Assembly: GCA_964624415.1 (NCBI GenBank)
Contig: CAZUWR010000001.1
Location: 74,114-138,113 of the forward strand
DNA length: 64,000 bases
Source: an uncultured Bdellovibrionales bacterium
GTDB lineage: Bacteria; Patescibacteriota; Minisyncoccia; Moranbacterales; UBA1568
Direction: 5' to 3'
Part shown: positions 38,432 through 46,891 of the stretch, piece after piece
Numbering within the stretch: the stretch's first letter is position 1
Layout of the letters: each line of letters begins with the position of its first letter
The notes under the pieces: model-generated
What the model saw: the letters and a program-made list of their open reading frames with translations, nothing else
Told to the model about the DNA's origin: nothing
Database searches by the model: none
Program-made: the position numbers and the translations under genes

Positions 38432-40759
38432 TTAGAGTTTTTGTATCTTAATGCGTAGTGAATTGGAAATGACCGAAACGCTCGAGAGTCCCATAGCCAG
38501 ACCAGCGAATACCGGATTAAGCAACCATCCGAAAATCGGGTAGAAGACGCCGGCTGCCAAAGGGATGCCGATGATATTATACACGAAGGCGAAGAAGAGG
38601 TTTTGTTTGATACCTCGCATGGTTATCTTCGAAAGCCTAATCGCCTTGACGATTTTGGAAATATCTCCGCCAAGCAGTGTGATGCCAGCAGACTCGATCG
38701 CCACATCCGTCCCGGTGCTCATCGCAATACCGATGTCGGCCCGTGCCAATGCCGGCGCATCGTTGATACCATCTCCTGTCATCGCCACGATTTCCCCTTG
38801 TGCTTGGAGCTCCTGTATCTTTTCCATCTTGCTTTGCGGCGAGACTTCTGCCACCACCTCATCGATACCCACTTGACTGGCTATAAATCGTGCCGTATGA
38901 GCATTATCTCCCGTAAGCATGATGACCTTCACGCCGAGCTTATGCAGTTTTGCTATTGCATCTTTCGCTTCAGGCTTCACCACATCCGCCACCATCACCA
39001 CTCCGAGCACCTGCTGCTGGGTTGCCAGTATGATAGGCGTCTTGCCCTCACCCATTTCTTTTTCTATCGAAGCCTCATCAAACACGATGCCAAGGTCGCG
39101 GATGAGTTTGAGATTGCCGGCATAATACACGGTGTCACCTATCACTCCCTGCACTCCCTTGCCCTGTATTGCCTCAAACTTTTCTACGGAAAGTTTTGCT
39201 ATAGTATTCTGCGCCTGTGCATAGGAGACAAGCGCGTGTGCGATCGGATGCTCCGAGCGTGACTCGAGGGCCGAGAGTTTCGCGAGGATATCTTCTTTAG
39301 AAGATATATCGCTCAGAGGATGAATGGCAATGAGTTCCGGTTTGCCTTTAGTGATAGTCCCCGTCTTGTCGACCACCACAACCGTTACCTTGTGCAGTTT
39401 TTCCAGTGTAGCAGCGTCTTTGACCAGTATCCCCTCACGCGCTCCTTTGCCCACACCCACGATAATAGCGGTTGGTGTCGCTAATCCAAGCGCGCAAGGA
39501 CACGCAATGACGAGCACGCCCACAAATGACACCAGTCCAAATGAAAGCGATTGCGCGAATCCAAGGTACGATGTGCCGATAACCATCCATCCACTCAGTG
39601 CGAGAAATGCGATAGCAATCACGACCGGAATAAATACGGCGGAAATTCTATCGGCCAAAGCCTGTATCGGCGCTTTGCTTCCCTGTGCGTCCTCGACCAT
39701 ACGGATGATGCCCGCAAGCATCGTCTCACTCCCGACTTTGGTAGCCTGGAATGTGAATGCTCCGGTGGTATTGAGCGTGCCGGCCACCACCTTCATACCG
39801 GCCGTTTTCTCAACCGGAATCGGTTCGCCCGTAATCATTGATTCATCTACATACGATACCCCGTCGAGAACAACACCATCCACCGGAAGTTTCGAAGCCG
39901 GCTTGATGATAATAGTATCTCCGTGCACCACTTCGCTCACGGGTATTTCCGTTTCCTTCCCGTCGCGGATCACCAGCGCGGTCTTGGCTTGAAGATTGAG
40001 GAGCTTCTCGATAGCGTCGCCCGTTTTTATTTTCGATCGTGCCTCAAGGTATTTGCCGAAAGTGATGAATGCGATCACGACGATGGTGACGTCGTAGTAT
40101 GTCTGCTCGACATCAAGAAACGGCGTGAGAGGCTCTTCAAAAGAGGTTACAATCAGACTGTATACGAATGCGGTCAGCGTGCCGATACCGATAAGCGTAT
40201 CCATATTGGCATTACCGAAACGCAGGAATCGGAAGAGCCCTTGTAAGTAAGGCTTGCCGATAACAAACAAGGCGTAGGTCGCCAGCACTGGCAGCAAGTG
40301 ATGAAAAAACTCGCTCGTCACATATGGCATCTTTTCGATAACTCCAAACTGCGCCAGGCTATCCCACCCCATCACAAACAGACTGATGAGTGTCAGAGGA
40401 ATAGCCGTCAGCACTTTGGTTTTCATTGCGACCAGTTCCTGCAGCTTCTCTTGCTTGGATGAGCTCATTCCCAGATGAGCGCTGTGATCGGCGGCCGACA
40501 TACCTATTGTTTGTGCTGTTTGTGCTTGCCCGCCTCGGAGGGTTTCCGGCATAACCAAAGAGTAGCCAAGGGGTTTGATGGTCTCGGATAAAAGCTCGGG
40601 ATTTACCTTCTCACTATCAAAAACTACTTTGGTGCTTTCCGTACCATAATTAACCTCCGCTGATTCAATGCCTTCTATTTTCCCCAGCTTCTTTTCGATG
40701 ATGCTTGCGCACGAAGCGCAATGCATCCCTTTGATTTTGAATGTTTGTTTGGTCTGCAT
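38432..40759 (-). CDS. copA: Copper-translocating P1B-type ATPase
   Basis: GMHCASC, TGEP, ACPCALGLATP, DKTGT, SEHP, GDGINDAPAL, YN..GIP, MGLSS. Confidence 0.96.
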   Translation of the reverse strand: MQTKQTFKIKGMHCASCASIIEKKLGKIEGIESAEVNYGTESTKVVFDSEKVNPELLSETIKPLGYSLVMPETLRGGQAQTAQTIGMSAADHSAHLGMSSSKQEKLQELVAMKTKVLTAIPLTLISLFVMGWDSLAQFGVIEKMPYVTSEFFHHLLPVLATYALFVIGKPYLQGLFRFLRFGNANMDTLIGIGTLTAFVYSLIVTSFEEPLTPFLDVEQTYYDVTIVVIAFITFGKYLEARSKIKTGDAIEKLLNLQAKTALVIRDGKETEIPVSEVVHGDTIIIKPASKLPVDGVVLDGVSYVDESMITGEPIPVEKTAGMKVVAGTLNTTGAFTFQATKVGSETMLAGIIRMVEDAQGSKAPIQALADRISAVFIPVVIAIAFLALSGWMVIGTSYLGFAQSLSFGLVSFVGVLVIACPCALGLATPTAIIVGVGKGAREGILVKDAATLEKLHKVTVVVVDKTGTITKGKPELIAIHPLSDISSKEDILAKLSALESRSEHPIAHALVSYAQAQNTIAKLSVEKFEAIQGKGVQGVIGDTVYYAGNLKLIRDLGIVFDEASIEKEMGEGKTPIILATQQQVLGVVMVADVVKPEAKDAIAKLHKLGVKVIMLTGDNAHTARFIASQVGIDEVVAEVSPQSKMEKIQELQAQGEIVAMTGDGINDAPALARADIGIAMSTGTDVAIESAGITLLGGDISKIVKAIRLSKITMRGIKQNLFFAFVYNIIGIPLAAGVFYPIFGWLLNPVFAGLAMGLSSVSVISNSLRIKIQKL

Positions 40760-40798
40760 GCTCTTGGTATTAATAAATAATACGAACACTCTCTTTAT

Positions 40799-40899
40799 GT
40801 CATCCCGAGCTTGTCGACCGCGTGTCGCCCTTAGCTTTAGCGGTGGCACAGGGATCTGCTTTACAATGAGAAGATTTCTCGACTACGCTCGAAATAACA
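40799..40899. repeat. Inverted REP-like doublet with a nested second palindrome
   Basis: GTCATCCCGAGCTTGTCGA[insert]GGGATCT ... AGATTTCTCGACTACGCTCGAAATAAC. Confidence 0.7.
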
Positions 40900-40923
40900 T
40901 GCTATTCTTGCAATTTTCGTAAT

Positions 40924-41241
40924 CTAATTCGACAAATTATATATCTTCAAAAGCTCCTCTATGGCCTTGTCTTTATCCTCGGCCATCTGGTGCGCGACGC
41001 AGGTGTCGAGGTGTCCTGCGAGCAATTCCCTTTTCGTCGTCTTAAGCAAACCAATGACACTGTCGATTTGCTGGATGACTTCCGGACAGTAGCGGCCGCC
41101 CTCGATCATCGCTGTCACCTTGAGCAGTGTCCCCTGCGCCTGCTTCGCACATTTCTGCGCTTTCAACTTTTTCTCGGACAGTGCTTTTTTCGCATTGTCA
41201 TCCTGAGTGAAGCGAAGGATCTCTTTATTTTTTATCGCCAT
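40924..41241 (-). CDS. csoR: CsoR/RcnR-family metal-sensing repressor
   Basis: QGTL.KV.AMIE.GRYCPEVIQQI.SV, HLDTCV; heads the copper operon. Confidence 0.9.
   Translation of the reverse strand: MAIKNKEILRFTQDDNAKKALSEKKLKAQKCAKQAQGTLLKVTAMIEGGRYCPEVIQQIDSVIGLLKTTKRELLAGHLDTCVAHQMAEDKDKAIEELLKIYNLSN
41197..41222. repeat. REP-like palindrome inside the csoR 5' end
   Basis: GTCATCCTGAGTGAAGCGAAGGATCT, translated as EILRFTQDD. Confidence 0.7.
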
Positions 41242-41260
41242 ATAAGTGTATAAAAATTAC

Positions 41261-41303
41261 TAACCTACTACCTACAGTATAGGTTATATAAAACTACTGT
41301 CAA
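41261..41303 (-). promoter_or_regulatory. csoR-copA promoter with candidate CsoR operator
   Basis: TTGACA...TATACT on -; inverted repeat TAACCTA-N12-TAGGTTA overlapping the -10. Confidence 0.6.
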
Positions 41304-41390
41304 ATGTTTGTAAAAAATGCAAAAAGAAAAGTGGTAAAGAATATTATTCCGTACCACTTGACTAGACTAGGTTGATTGCTGTCAAACTTA

Positions 41391-41849
41391 CTATGGCCGC
41401 ACATTATCCCTAAGAAAAGTTTCTATTTGATAAGGAATAGTCGCTTTTTCAAGGATCATTTGCTTGAACGCTGGTATTTTAGCATGAATGGACTGCGGAA
41501 TCTCGTCTTCTGCAATATCAGACTCCATCTCTTGCAGTTTTTCCTCCAAAAATACCTCTCGGACTTCGTATCCCTTCAGATCACCCATGCTATCTTGAAG
41601 CCATTCTAAATCAATATCGCGGAAATTATTTTTAAGATCAATTACTTCGCCAAGATAATCTACCACCACCGAACATAAGCTCCATGATGGCACGAAATCT
41701 TCATCGAGATGCCCGCCCTTAGCCAGCATATTGATGTGAGCCTCCGTGCATTCATTACAAACGCAGGCCGCAGCGCTCACGATGATTTTTTTCACCTCTT
41801 CCGAAGTTTTACCGCAAAACGAACATGTTTTAATCTCTGATTCTGCCAT
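41391..41849 (-). CDS. ClpX-type C4 zinc-finger domain protein (stand-alone)
   Basis: CSFCGKTSEEVKKII....ACVCNEC; no AAA+ domain. Confidence 0.8.
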   Translation of the reverse strand: MAESEIKTCSFCGKTSEEVKKIIVSAAACVCNECTEAHINMLAKGGHLDEDFVPSWSLCSVVVDYLGEVIDLKNNFRDIDLEWLQDSMGDLKGYEVREVFLEEKLQEMESDIAEDEIPQSIHAKIPAFKQMILEKATIPYQIETFLRDNVRP

Positions 41850-41901
41850 TACCGTACCCTCTTTTAAATTGATGAGAAAATGACCGCTTGTCACAGCCAT
41901 C

Positions 41902-41978
41902 TTCTCAAAGAACAAAACCACACTATATCAAGCCAAAACTTGACTCTCTATTGTAGCATACTGTCAGCACTTTGTCAA
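41902..41978 (-). promoter_or_regulatory. Promoter TTGACA-17-TACAAT, hairpin, boxA-like GTTCTTTGAGAA
   Basis: Exact spacing; TCAAG-TTTTGG-CTTGA stem. Confidence 0.55.
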
Positions 41979-41998
41979 TCCCTGTGACACGAATATAC

Positions 41999-42964
41999 TC
42001 ACCCAATCCCCAAGGAAATCAAGAACTCGGTGAGGGTTTTGCCGCGCAGCTCCTTGTACTGGCCTGGCTTGAGGAGGCCGATGCGCAGATCCATAATACG
42101 AATACGCTTCAGGTCGCGCACTTCATAGCCGAGCGCGGTGCACATACGGCGAATCTGATGCTTCTTGCCTTCTGTGAGGATGATTTTAAAGACCTGGTCA
42201 TCGACAGCGGTCACGATACACGGTTTAGTCTTAAAATCCTCGAGTTGGATACCCTCGCTCATCCAGCGGATGAAAAAGGTGTTGACTTTTTTGTTGACTT
42301 TCACGACATACTCTTTTTCGTGAGCATACTCGGGGTTGAGCACCTTGTCGGTGATACGGCCGTCATTGGTCATCAGCATCAGCCCCTGCGAGGCGCGATC
42401 GAGCCTGCCTACCGGAAACACATCCGCCGGAAGCCCCGAGACATCTTTGATGCTTTTTTGTCCGAGAAGCGAGGTGTGCGTCGCTATCTTGGCCTGCTTG
42501 TAGTACAGGAAGTAGCGATACTTTTTCCAGGCTTGCTTGAGCTTGCCATCCACCTCGACCTTGTCGGTTTCTTTGACCTTGTCCCCCACCTTGGCACGCA
42601 CACCGTTGATAGTCACGAGTCCTTTTTCGATCAGCTTATCGGCCTCGCGACGGCTAGAAAAGTTTTTGATAGCGAGGTGCCGATTGAGACGCATCGGGTA
42701 GACGGGTGTGTCTAAGACACTTGGCTGAACTTTCTTGACTTTAGGGAAGTAGCTTGCCTTGGGCTTTGGCGCATACTCGGGTCGCTCATAGGAAGAAAAG
42801 ACGTCCTTTGCATTCGCATGCTCTTTCACGAATGGCTTGGCGGATCCGGGCGCTCGCTTGGGCTGCGGATTCTGGCGAAGGTTGTTGCCCTTGCGCTTCG
42901 AAGCAGGACGATAGGATGTATCGAGCTTCTTGCCTTTATAGGTTGTTTTCTTACTTGTCTGCAT
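41999..42964 (-). CDS. rRNA pseudouridine synthase, RluF/RluB/RsuA family
   Basis: S4 domain RLNRHLA..SRREAD, VGRLDRASQGL, EKEY.V, LTEGKKHQIRRM. Confidence 0.93.
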   Translation of the reverse strand: MQTSKKTTYKGKKLDTSYRPASKRKGNNLRQNPQPKRAPGSAKPFVKEHANAKDVFSSYERPEYAPKPKASYFPKVKKVQPSVLDTPVYPMRLNRHLAIKNFSSRREADKLIEKGLVTINGVRAKVGDKVKETDKVEVDGKLKQAWKKYRYFLYYKQAKIATHTSLLGQKSIKDVSGLPADVFPVGRLDRASQGLMLMTNDGRITDKVLNPEYAHEKEYVVKVNKKVNTFFIRWMSEGIQLEDFKTKPCIVTAVDDQVFKIILTEGKKHQIRRMCTALGYEVRDLKRIRIMDLRIGLLKPGQYKELRGKTLTEFLISLGIG

Positions 42965-43153
42965 AGATATATTGTTACTGATGTAAAGTATGTATCTTCA
43001 CGAGCTGAAAAAGTAGGTTCAAGAATTTTTCATAACCATATGCGTACTCGCATCGGTTTTGAAAAATTACTTGGACATGCTTTTTGTTATAGATTCTTGT
43101 GTCATTCCTCAAACTAAAGCGACCCGCGGTTGCCATGCTTATAAAATAGCGCC

Positions 43154-44857
43154 TTACTTCTTTACCGCTACACTAGCCAGGCGTCTCACCATAAACTGCG
43201 CCTCCTTGGCCAATCCGGCAGCATACGCCTCGTAGTCGCCCATATGAGTAAGCTTGCCATCTGCCAAAAGCGAGGTGTCGAGTTTCGGTATGCGCTCGAG
43301 GAAATAGCGGTCGTGAGTCACCAGTATCACCGTACCCTCATACTTCTCCAGGATTTCTTCCATCGCTTCGATAGCCTCGATATCCAAGTGATTGGTCGGC
43401 TCGTCCAGTACCAATACATTGACATTCATCTCGGAATAGACCGCCAAAAGCAAACGCGCCCGTTCTCCAGGACTGAGCTCGCCAATAGTATCGCGGCTGG
43501 CATCCATCGCGCTAATATGGAATCGGTGTAAAAGAAGAGCGATATGATTGGTATCATAGATACCTGCCATCTCACCGAAAAGCCACTTGATAGTCTGATA
43601 CTTCGGGAGGTTTTCGTGTTCTTGCGTGAAGTTGCCGACACGCAAAGCATCACCCCTCGCCACCATACCCGACAGCGGCGGTAAATCGCCCGTAATGGTT
43701 TTGAGCAGCGTCGATTTTCCCGAACCATTGGCACCGACGATACCGATACGTGAACCGAACGGGATATTCATCGAGAATGGTCCGAATTGAAAATGATCCG
43801 CATAACCTGCGACGACATCCGTCAAGATGATAGCCTGACGTTCTTCTTCGGGAATAGCGGTAAAACGAATCTGCAGCGGCGCACGCTCCTCGAGTTTTTC
43901 CACTCGCTCTATATTGTCCATACGCGTCGTGATGGCATTGCCGGTCACGCTGAGTTTCTTGGATCGATCACGAGCAAAGTTGCGACCCATCTTGTCATTG
44001 TCATCCCAAGGCTGTATAGCACCCTTGGCCGCCCAATCGTGTTTTTCCAATGCGGTCGTCTTGAGCCGCTTGATTTCTTCTTGTTGCAATCGATACGCCT
44101 CGCGCAATCGACGAATCTCGAGCGCTTTTCTATTAGCATAATCAGTATAGTTGCCGGTATGCAAAAACGCATCGCGCTTGAACCAATCGATTTCCAAGAT
44201 TTTCGTCACCACGCGATCAAGAAATCGCCTATCGTGAGATGCAATGACACAAATAGCCGGAGATGCGATCAAGTATTCCTCAAGCCAAATCAAAGCGGGC
44301 AGATCAAGGTTGTTGGTCGGCTCGTCCAAAAACAGCATATCAACTCCCTTGAGAAGTATGGCCGTAAGAGAGATTTTTGTCTTCTGTCCCCCGCTCAACT
44401 GTGCAACCGGGTGGTTAAGTTCGATAGCATTCATTTGGAATCCATCGAGCACAGCACGGATGCGACGCTCGAAATCATACCCGCCTGCACGCTGGTAAAG
44501 CTCTGTGATCTCCGTATATTCTTCCAAGACAGCTTCCTCGTCCAAACGAGGTTCCAGAGCTGTCATCTGCTTTTCGATTTCGATAATACCCGAGACGCGG
44601 CGGATAAACTGTTCTACCGTCTCGTGCGGCAAGGCATCGACTTCCTGCGCGAGGTATCCGACACCGATATGGCGCGCGATGCTCACCTCACCCTTATTGG
44701 GCGTTTCGATACCCGCCAAAATCTTGAGCAAAGTAGACTTCCCTACTCCGTTTGGCCCGACCAAAGCGGCCTTTTGACCCGGCCCTAAGGCAAAGGTAAT
44801 ACCCGACAAAATGGTGCGAATACCGTATATTTTCGAGACTTTCTTTACGACGAGCAT
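43154..44857 (-). CDS. ABC-F family ATP-binding protein
   Basis: GPNGVGKST, LSGGQK, LDEPTNNLD; GANGSGKST, LSPGE, LDEPTNHLD. Confidence 0.94.
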   Translation of the reverse strand: MLVVKKVSKIYGIRTILSGITFALGPGQKAALVGPNGVGKSTLLKILAGIETPNKGEVSIARHIGVGYLAQEVDALPHETVEQFIRRVSGIIEIEKQMTALEPRLDEEAVLEEYTEITELYQRAGGYDFERRIRAVLDGFQMNAIELNHPVAQLSGGQKTKISLTAILLKGVDMLFLDEPTNNLDLPALIWLEEYLIASPAICVIASHDRRFLDRVVTKILEIDWFKRDAFLHTGNYTDYANRKALEIRRLREAYRLQQEEIKRLKTTALEKHDWAAKGAIQPWDDNDKMGRNFARDRSKKLSVTGNAITTRMDNIERVEKLEERAPLQIRFTAIPEEERQAIILTDVVAGYADHFQFGPFSMNIPFGSRIGIVGANGSGKSTLLKTITGDLPPLSGMVARGDALRVGNFTQEHENLPKYQTIKWLFGEMAGIYDTNHIALLLHRFHISAMDASRDTIGELSPGERARLLLAVYSEMNVNVLVLDEPTNHLDIEAIEAMEEILEKYEGTVILVTHDRYFLERIPKLDTSLLADGKLTHMGDYEAYAAGLAKEAQFMVRRLASVAVKK

Positions 44858-44942
44858 AGAATTGTAGGTTAGGCTGTTATCTCAACAGTGCTGATAAATA
44901 GTTGCGAATACTGCATTGTATCATATTTCCATAAAAAAAGCA

Positions 44943-44982
44943 AGAAAAACACTCATTTCTAATAGAATGAGTGTTTTTCTTT
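44943..44982. terminator. Terminator hairpin
   Basis: AAGAAAAACACTCATT...AATGAGTGTTTTTCTT. Confidence 0.7.
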
Positions 44983-44997
44983 GATACGTTCCGTTCC

Positions 44998-46890
44998 CTA
45001 CACATCCATCGCCTTGAGGATACGGTCGAGCTTGGCGGTGGCGACACCTACCACACTGTCTCCTCCGCCGTAGTACATATAGATTGTACCACCGCGATTG
45101 ACGACGCCGCATGGGAACACCACTTTGTTCACCTGTCCCATTTTTTCGTACTCCATCTCTGGTTCGAAGATAGCATCCGTAGTACGCGCGAGGATAATAG
45201 TAGGGTCTTTGAGCTGCAAGAGCACCGCGCCTACCCGGTAAGTGCTGTTGTCTGAAACACCATGATAGAACAGGAGCCAGCCTTTTTTGGTTTTAATAGG
45301 AGGGGCGGCGATGCCGACTTTGGCACTGTCCCACATCCCGTGTCGTGGTCCGACGATCGGCGTGAAACTTTCCACCTTGTCCACGGCGAAGTTGAGCGAT
45401 TTGACCGCGTCAAGGCAAATATGATTGTGAGCGCGATGAAAAACTAAGTAGTGTCCATGGATTTTCTCGGGAAAAAGACAGGCGTCTTTGTTGTCGATAC
45501 CCTCGGGCGTCACCAGTTTCGGCTCCGTCCAATTCCAGTCCAATCGCAAGAAATCCTTGACCGCGATACTGGTCGCAGCGACCACTGGTGGGTTATTCCC
45601 ATCGTAAGCGGTATAGAACATGTACAGTGTATCGTCTATCTGCGTGATACGAGGATCCTCGCATCCTGAATTGCCCGGGTGCGATTTCATCTCAAATCCC
45701 TGGCGGGGGGTGTAGATCGGTTGATTGAGTCTTTCGGTAATATCAAGACCGTTTTTGGAAACCGCATAGCCCATCACCGAAGTGTCATCCGTACCCATCG
45801 CGCGGTACACGATATATATCTTCCCTTTGATTTCCACTGCGGCCGGATTAAAAACCGCCTTATTCTCCCAGGCATTCGCTTCGAGAGGCAATAGAATAGG
45901 ATTGTTGCGGCTGCGCGTGAATATCGGTTCTTTGTGGATGCTATAGAGCAGATCATCCAGATCGACACTGGCTCGACAGCCAGTCGTATCCGTCGCTCCA
46001 TAATAGATAAACAATTTTTTGCCGGCGATAAAAGCACCTGAAGGGAAAATGACATTTGGTACCTGTCCGAATTCCTCATACGTTTCCTCGGGCACCAAGA
46101 GCGGTCCGGATGTGCGAGCGATGATTTTTTTTGGATCATTCAGATCCAAGAGCAGTGCCTCAATACCAAAAATCTTGTGCTCACTGAAATAGTTTTGGAT
46201 ATGCGAATATACCAAGAGCCAACCGTCTTTGGTTTTGATCGGTGCGGCGCCTATCTCCACATGATCGCTGTCACAGCGGCGCAAATCGATACGATGATCA
46301 TCGATGTGCTCATGCCACTTCTGCCAGTACTCGGGTGACCACATTTCTTCGAGCGTGTCGAAATAAGCGAACGCAGTGACAACCGGCGGCTCATCTGTAT
46401 GCGCGCTCAGCATCGCCACATATTTCCCGTTAATCTTCTCCGGGAACAAAGTCATGGCCTTAGCATTGAACGGCGTGACCAAGTGTTTTTCGTCTATCTT
46501 CTTAAAATCCTTGGTCGTAGCTACAGCAATTTTGATGCCGGGAGCCGCAAACGGAAAAACGGAAAGTGCGGTATAGAAAATATAGTAGGTGTCCCCTATC
46601 TTGGTGACACGAGGATCCTCACAGCCAAACTGCTCCCATTCGAATTCCGGCGCGATGAGTTGTCGGCGCTTTTCATAATGATGCCCGTCGATACTCTCGG
46701 TGTAGCCGATAGAGGAAATGCGAAGCTCTTGTTTGTGAACATACTTCACATCCGAAACCGCTCGATACACGGAGTGCACTTTGTTCTTATCCTGTATCGG
46801 GCACCAGTTGAAGGCTCCGAACGACTCCCAAGCGTGATCAGAAATAGGCTTGAGAAGCGGATTGTGAGTGGATCGTCGTATAACCAGCAT
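44998..46890 (-). CDS. Tandem two-domain GH130-like glycosidase/phosphorylase
   Basis: Two copies of NP.L.P..WE...FN, YRA, GCEDPR.T, LFPEKI.G, API.TK.GWL, VFP, YYG..D. Confidence 0.9.
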   Translation of the reverse strand: MLVIRRSTHNPLLKPISDHAWESFGAFNWCPIQDKNKVHSVYRAVSDVKYVHKQELRISSIGYTESIDGHHYEKRRQLIAPEFEWEQFGCEDPRVTKIGDTYYIFYTALSVFPFAAPGIKIAVATTKDFKKIDEKHLVTPFNAKAMTLFPEKINGKYVAMLSAHTDEPPVVTAFAYFDTLEEMWSPEYWQKWHEHIDDHRIDLRRCDSDHVEIGAAPIKTKDGWLLVYSHIQNYFSEHKIFGIEALLLDLNDPKKIIARTSGPLLVPEETYEEFGQVPNVIFPSGAFIAGKKLFIYYGATDTTGCRASVDLDDLLYSIHKEPIFTRSRNNPILLPLEANAWENKAVFNPAAVEIKGKIYIVYRAMGTDDTSVMGYAVSKNGLDITERLNQPIYTPRQGFEMKSHPGNSGCEDPRITQIDDTLYMFYTAYDGNNPPVVAATSIAVKDFLRLDWNWTEPKLVTPEGIDNKDACLFPEKIHGHYLVFHRAHNHICLDAVKSLNFAVDKVESFTPIVGPRHGMWDSAKVGIAAPPIKTKKGWLLFYHGVSDNSTYRVGAVLLQLKDPTIILARTTDAIFEPEMEYEKMGQVNKVVFPCGVVNRGGTIYMYYGGGDSVVGVATAKLDRILKAMDV

Positions 46891-46891
46891 A

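Noticed and set aside
40760-40849. N-terminal extension of CopA (also the 25189 extension of the glycosyltransferase)
   Set aside because: Arises from translating intergenic repeat elements; better starts lie downstream
43154-44857. Antibiotic-resistance (ARE) ABC-F assignment
   Set aside because: The subfamily cannot be determined by eye and no attenuator leader was seen; left as generic ABC-F
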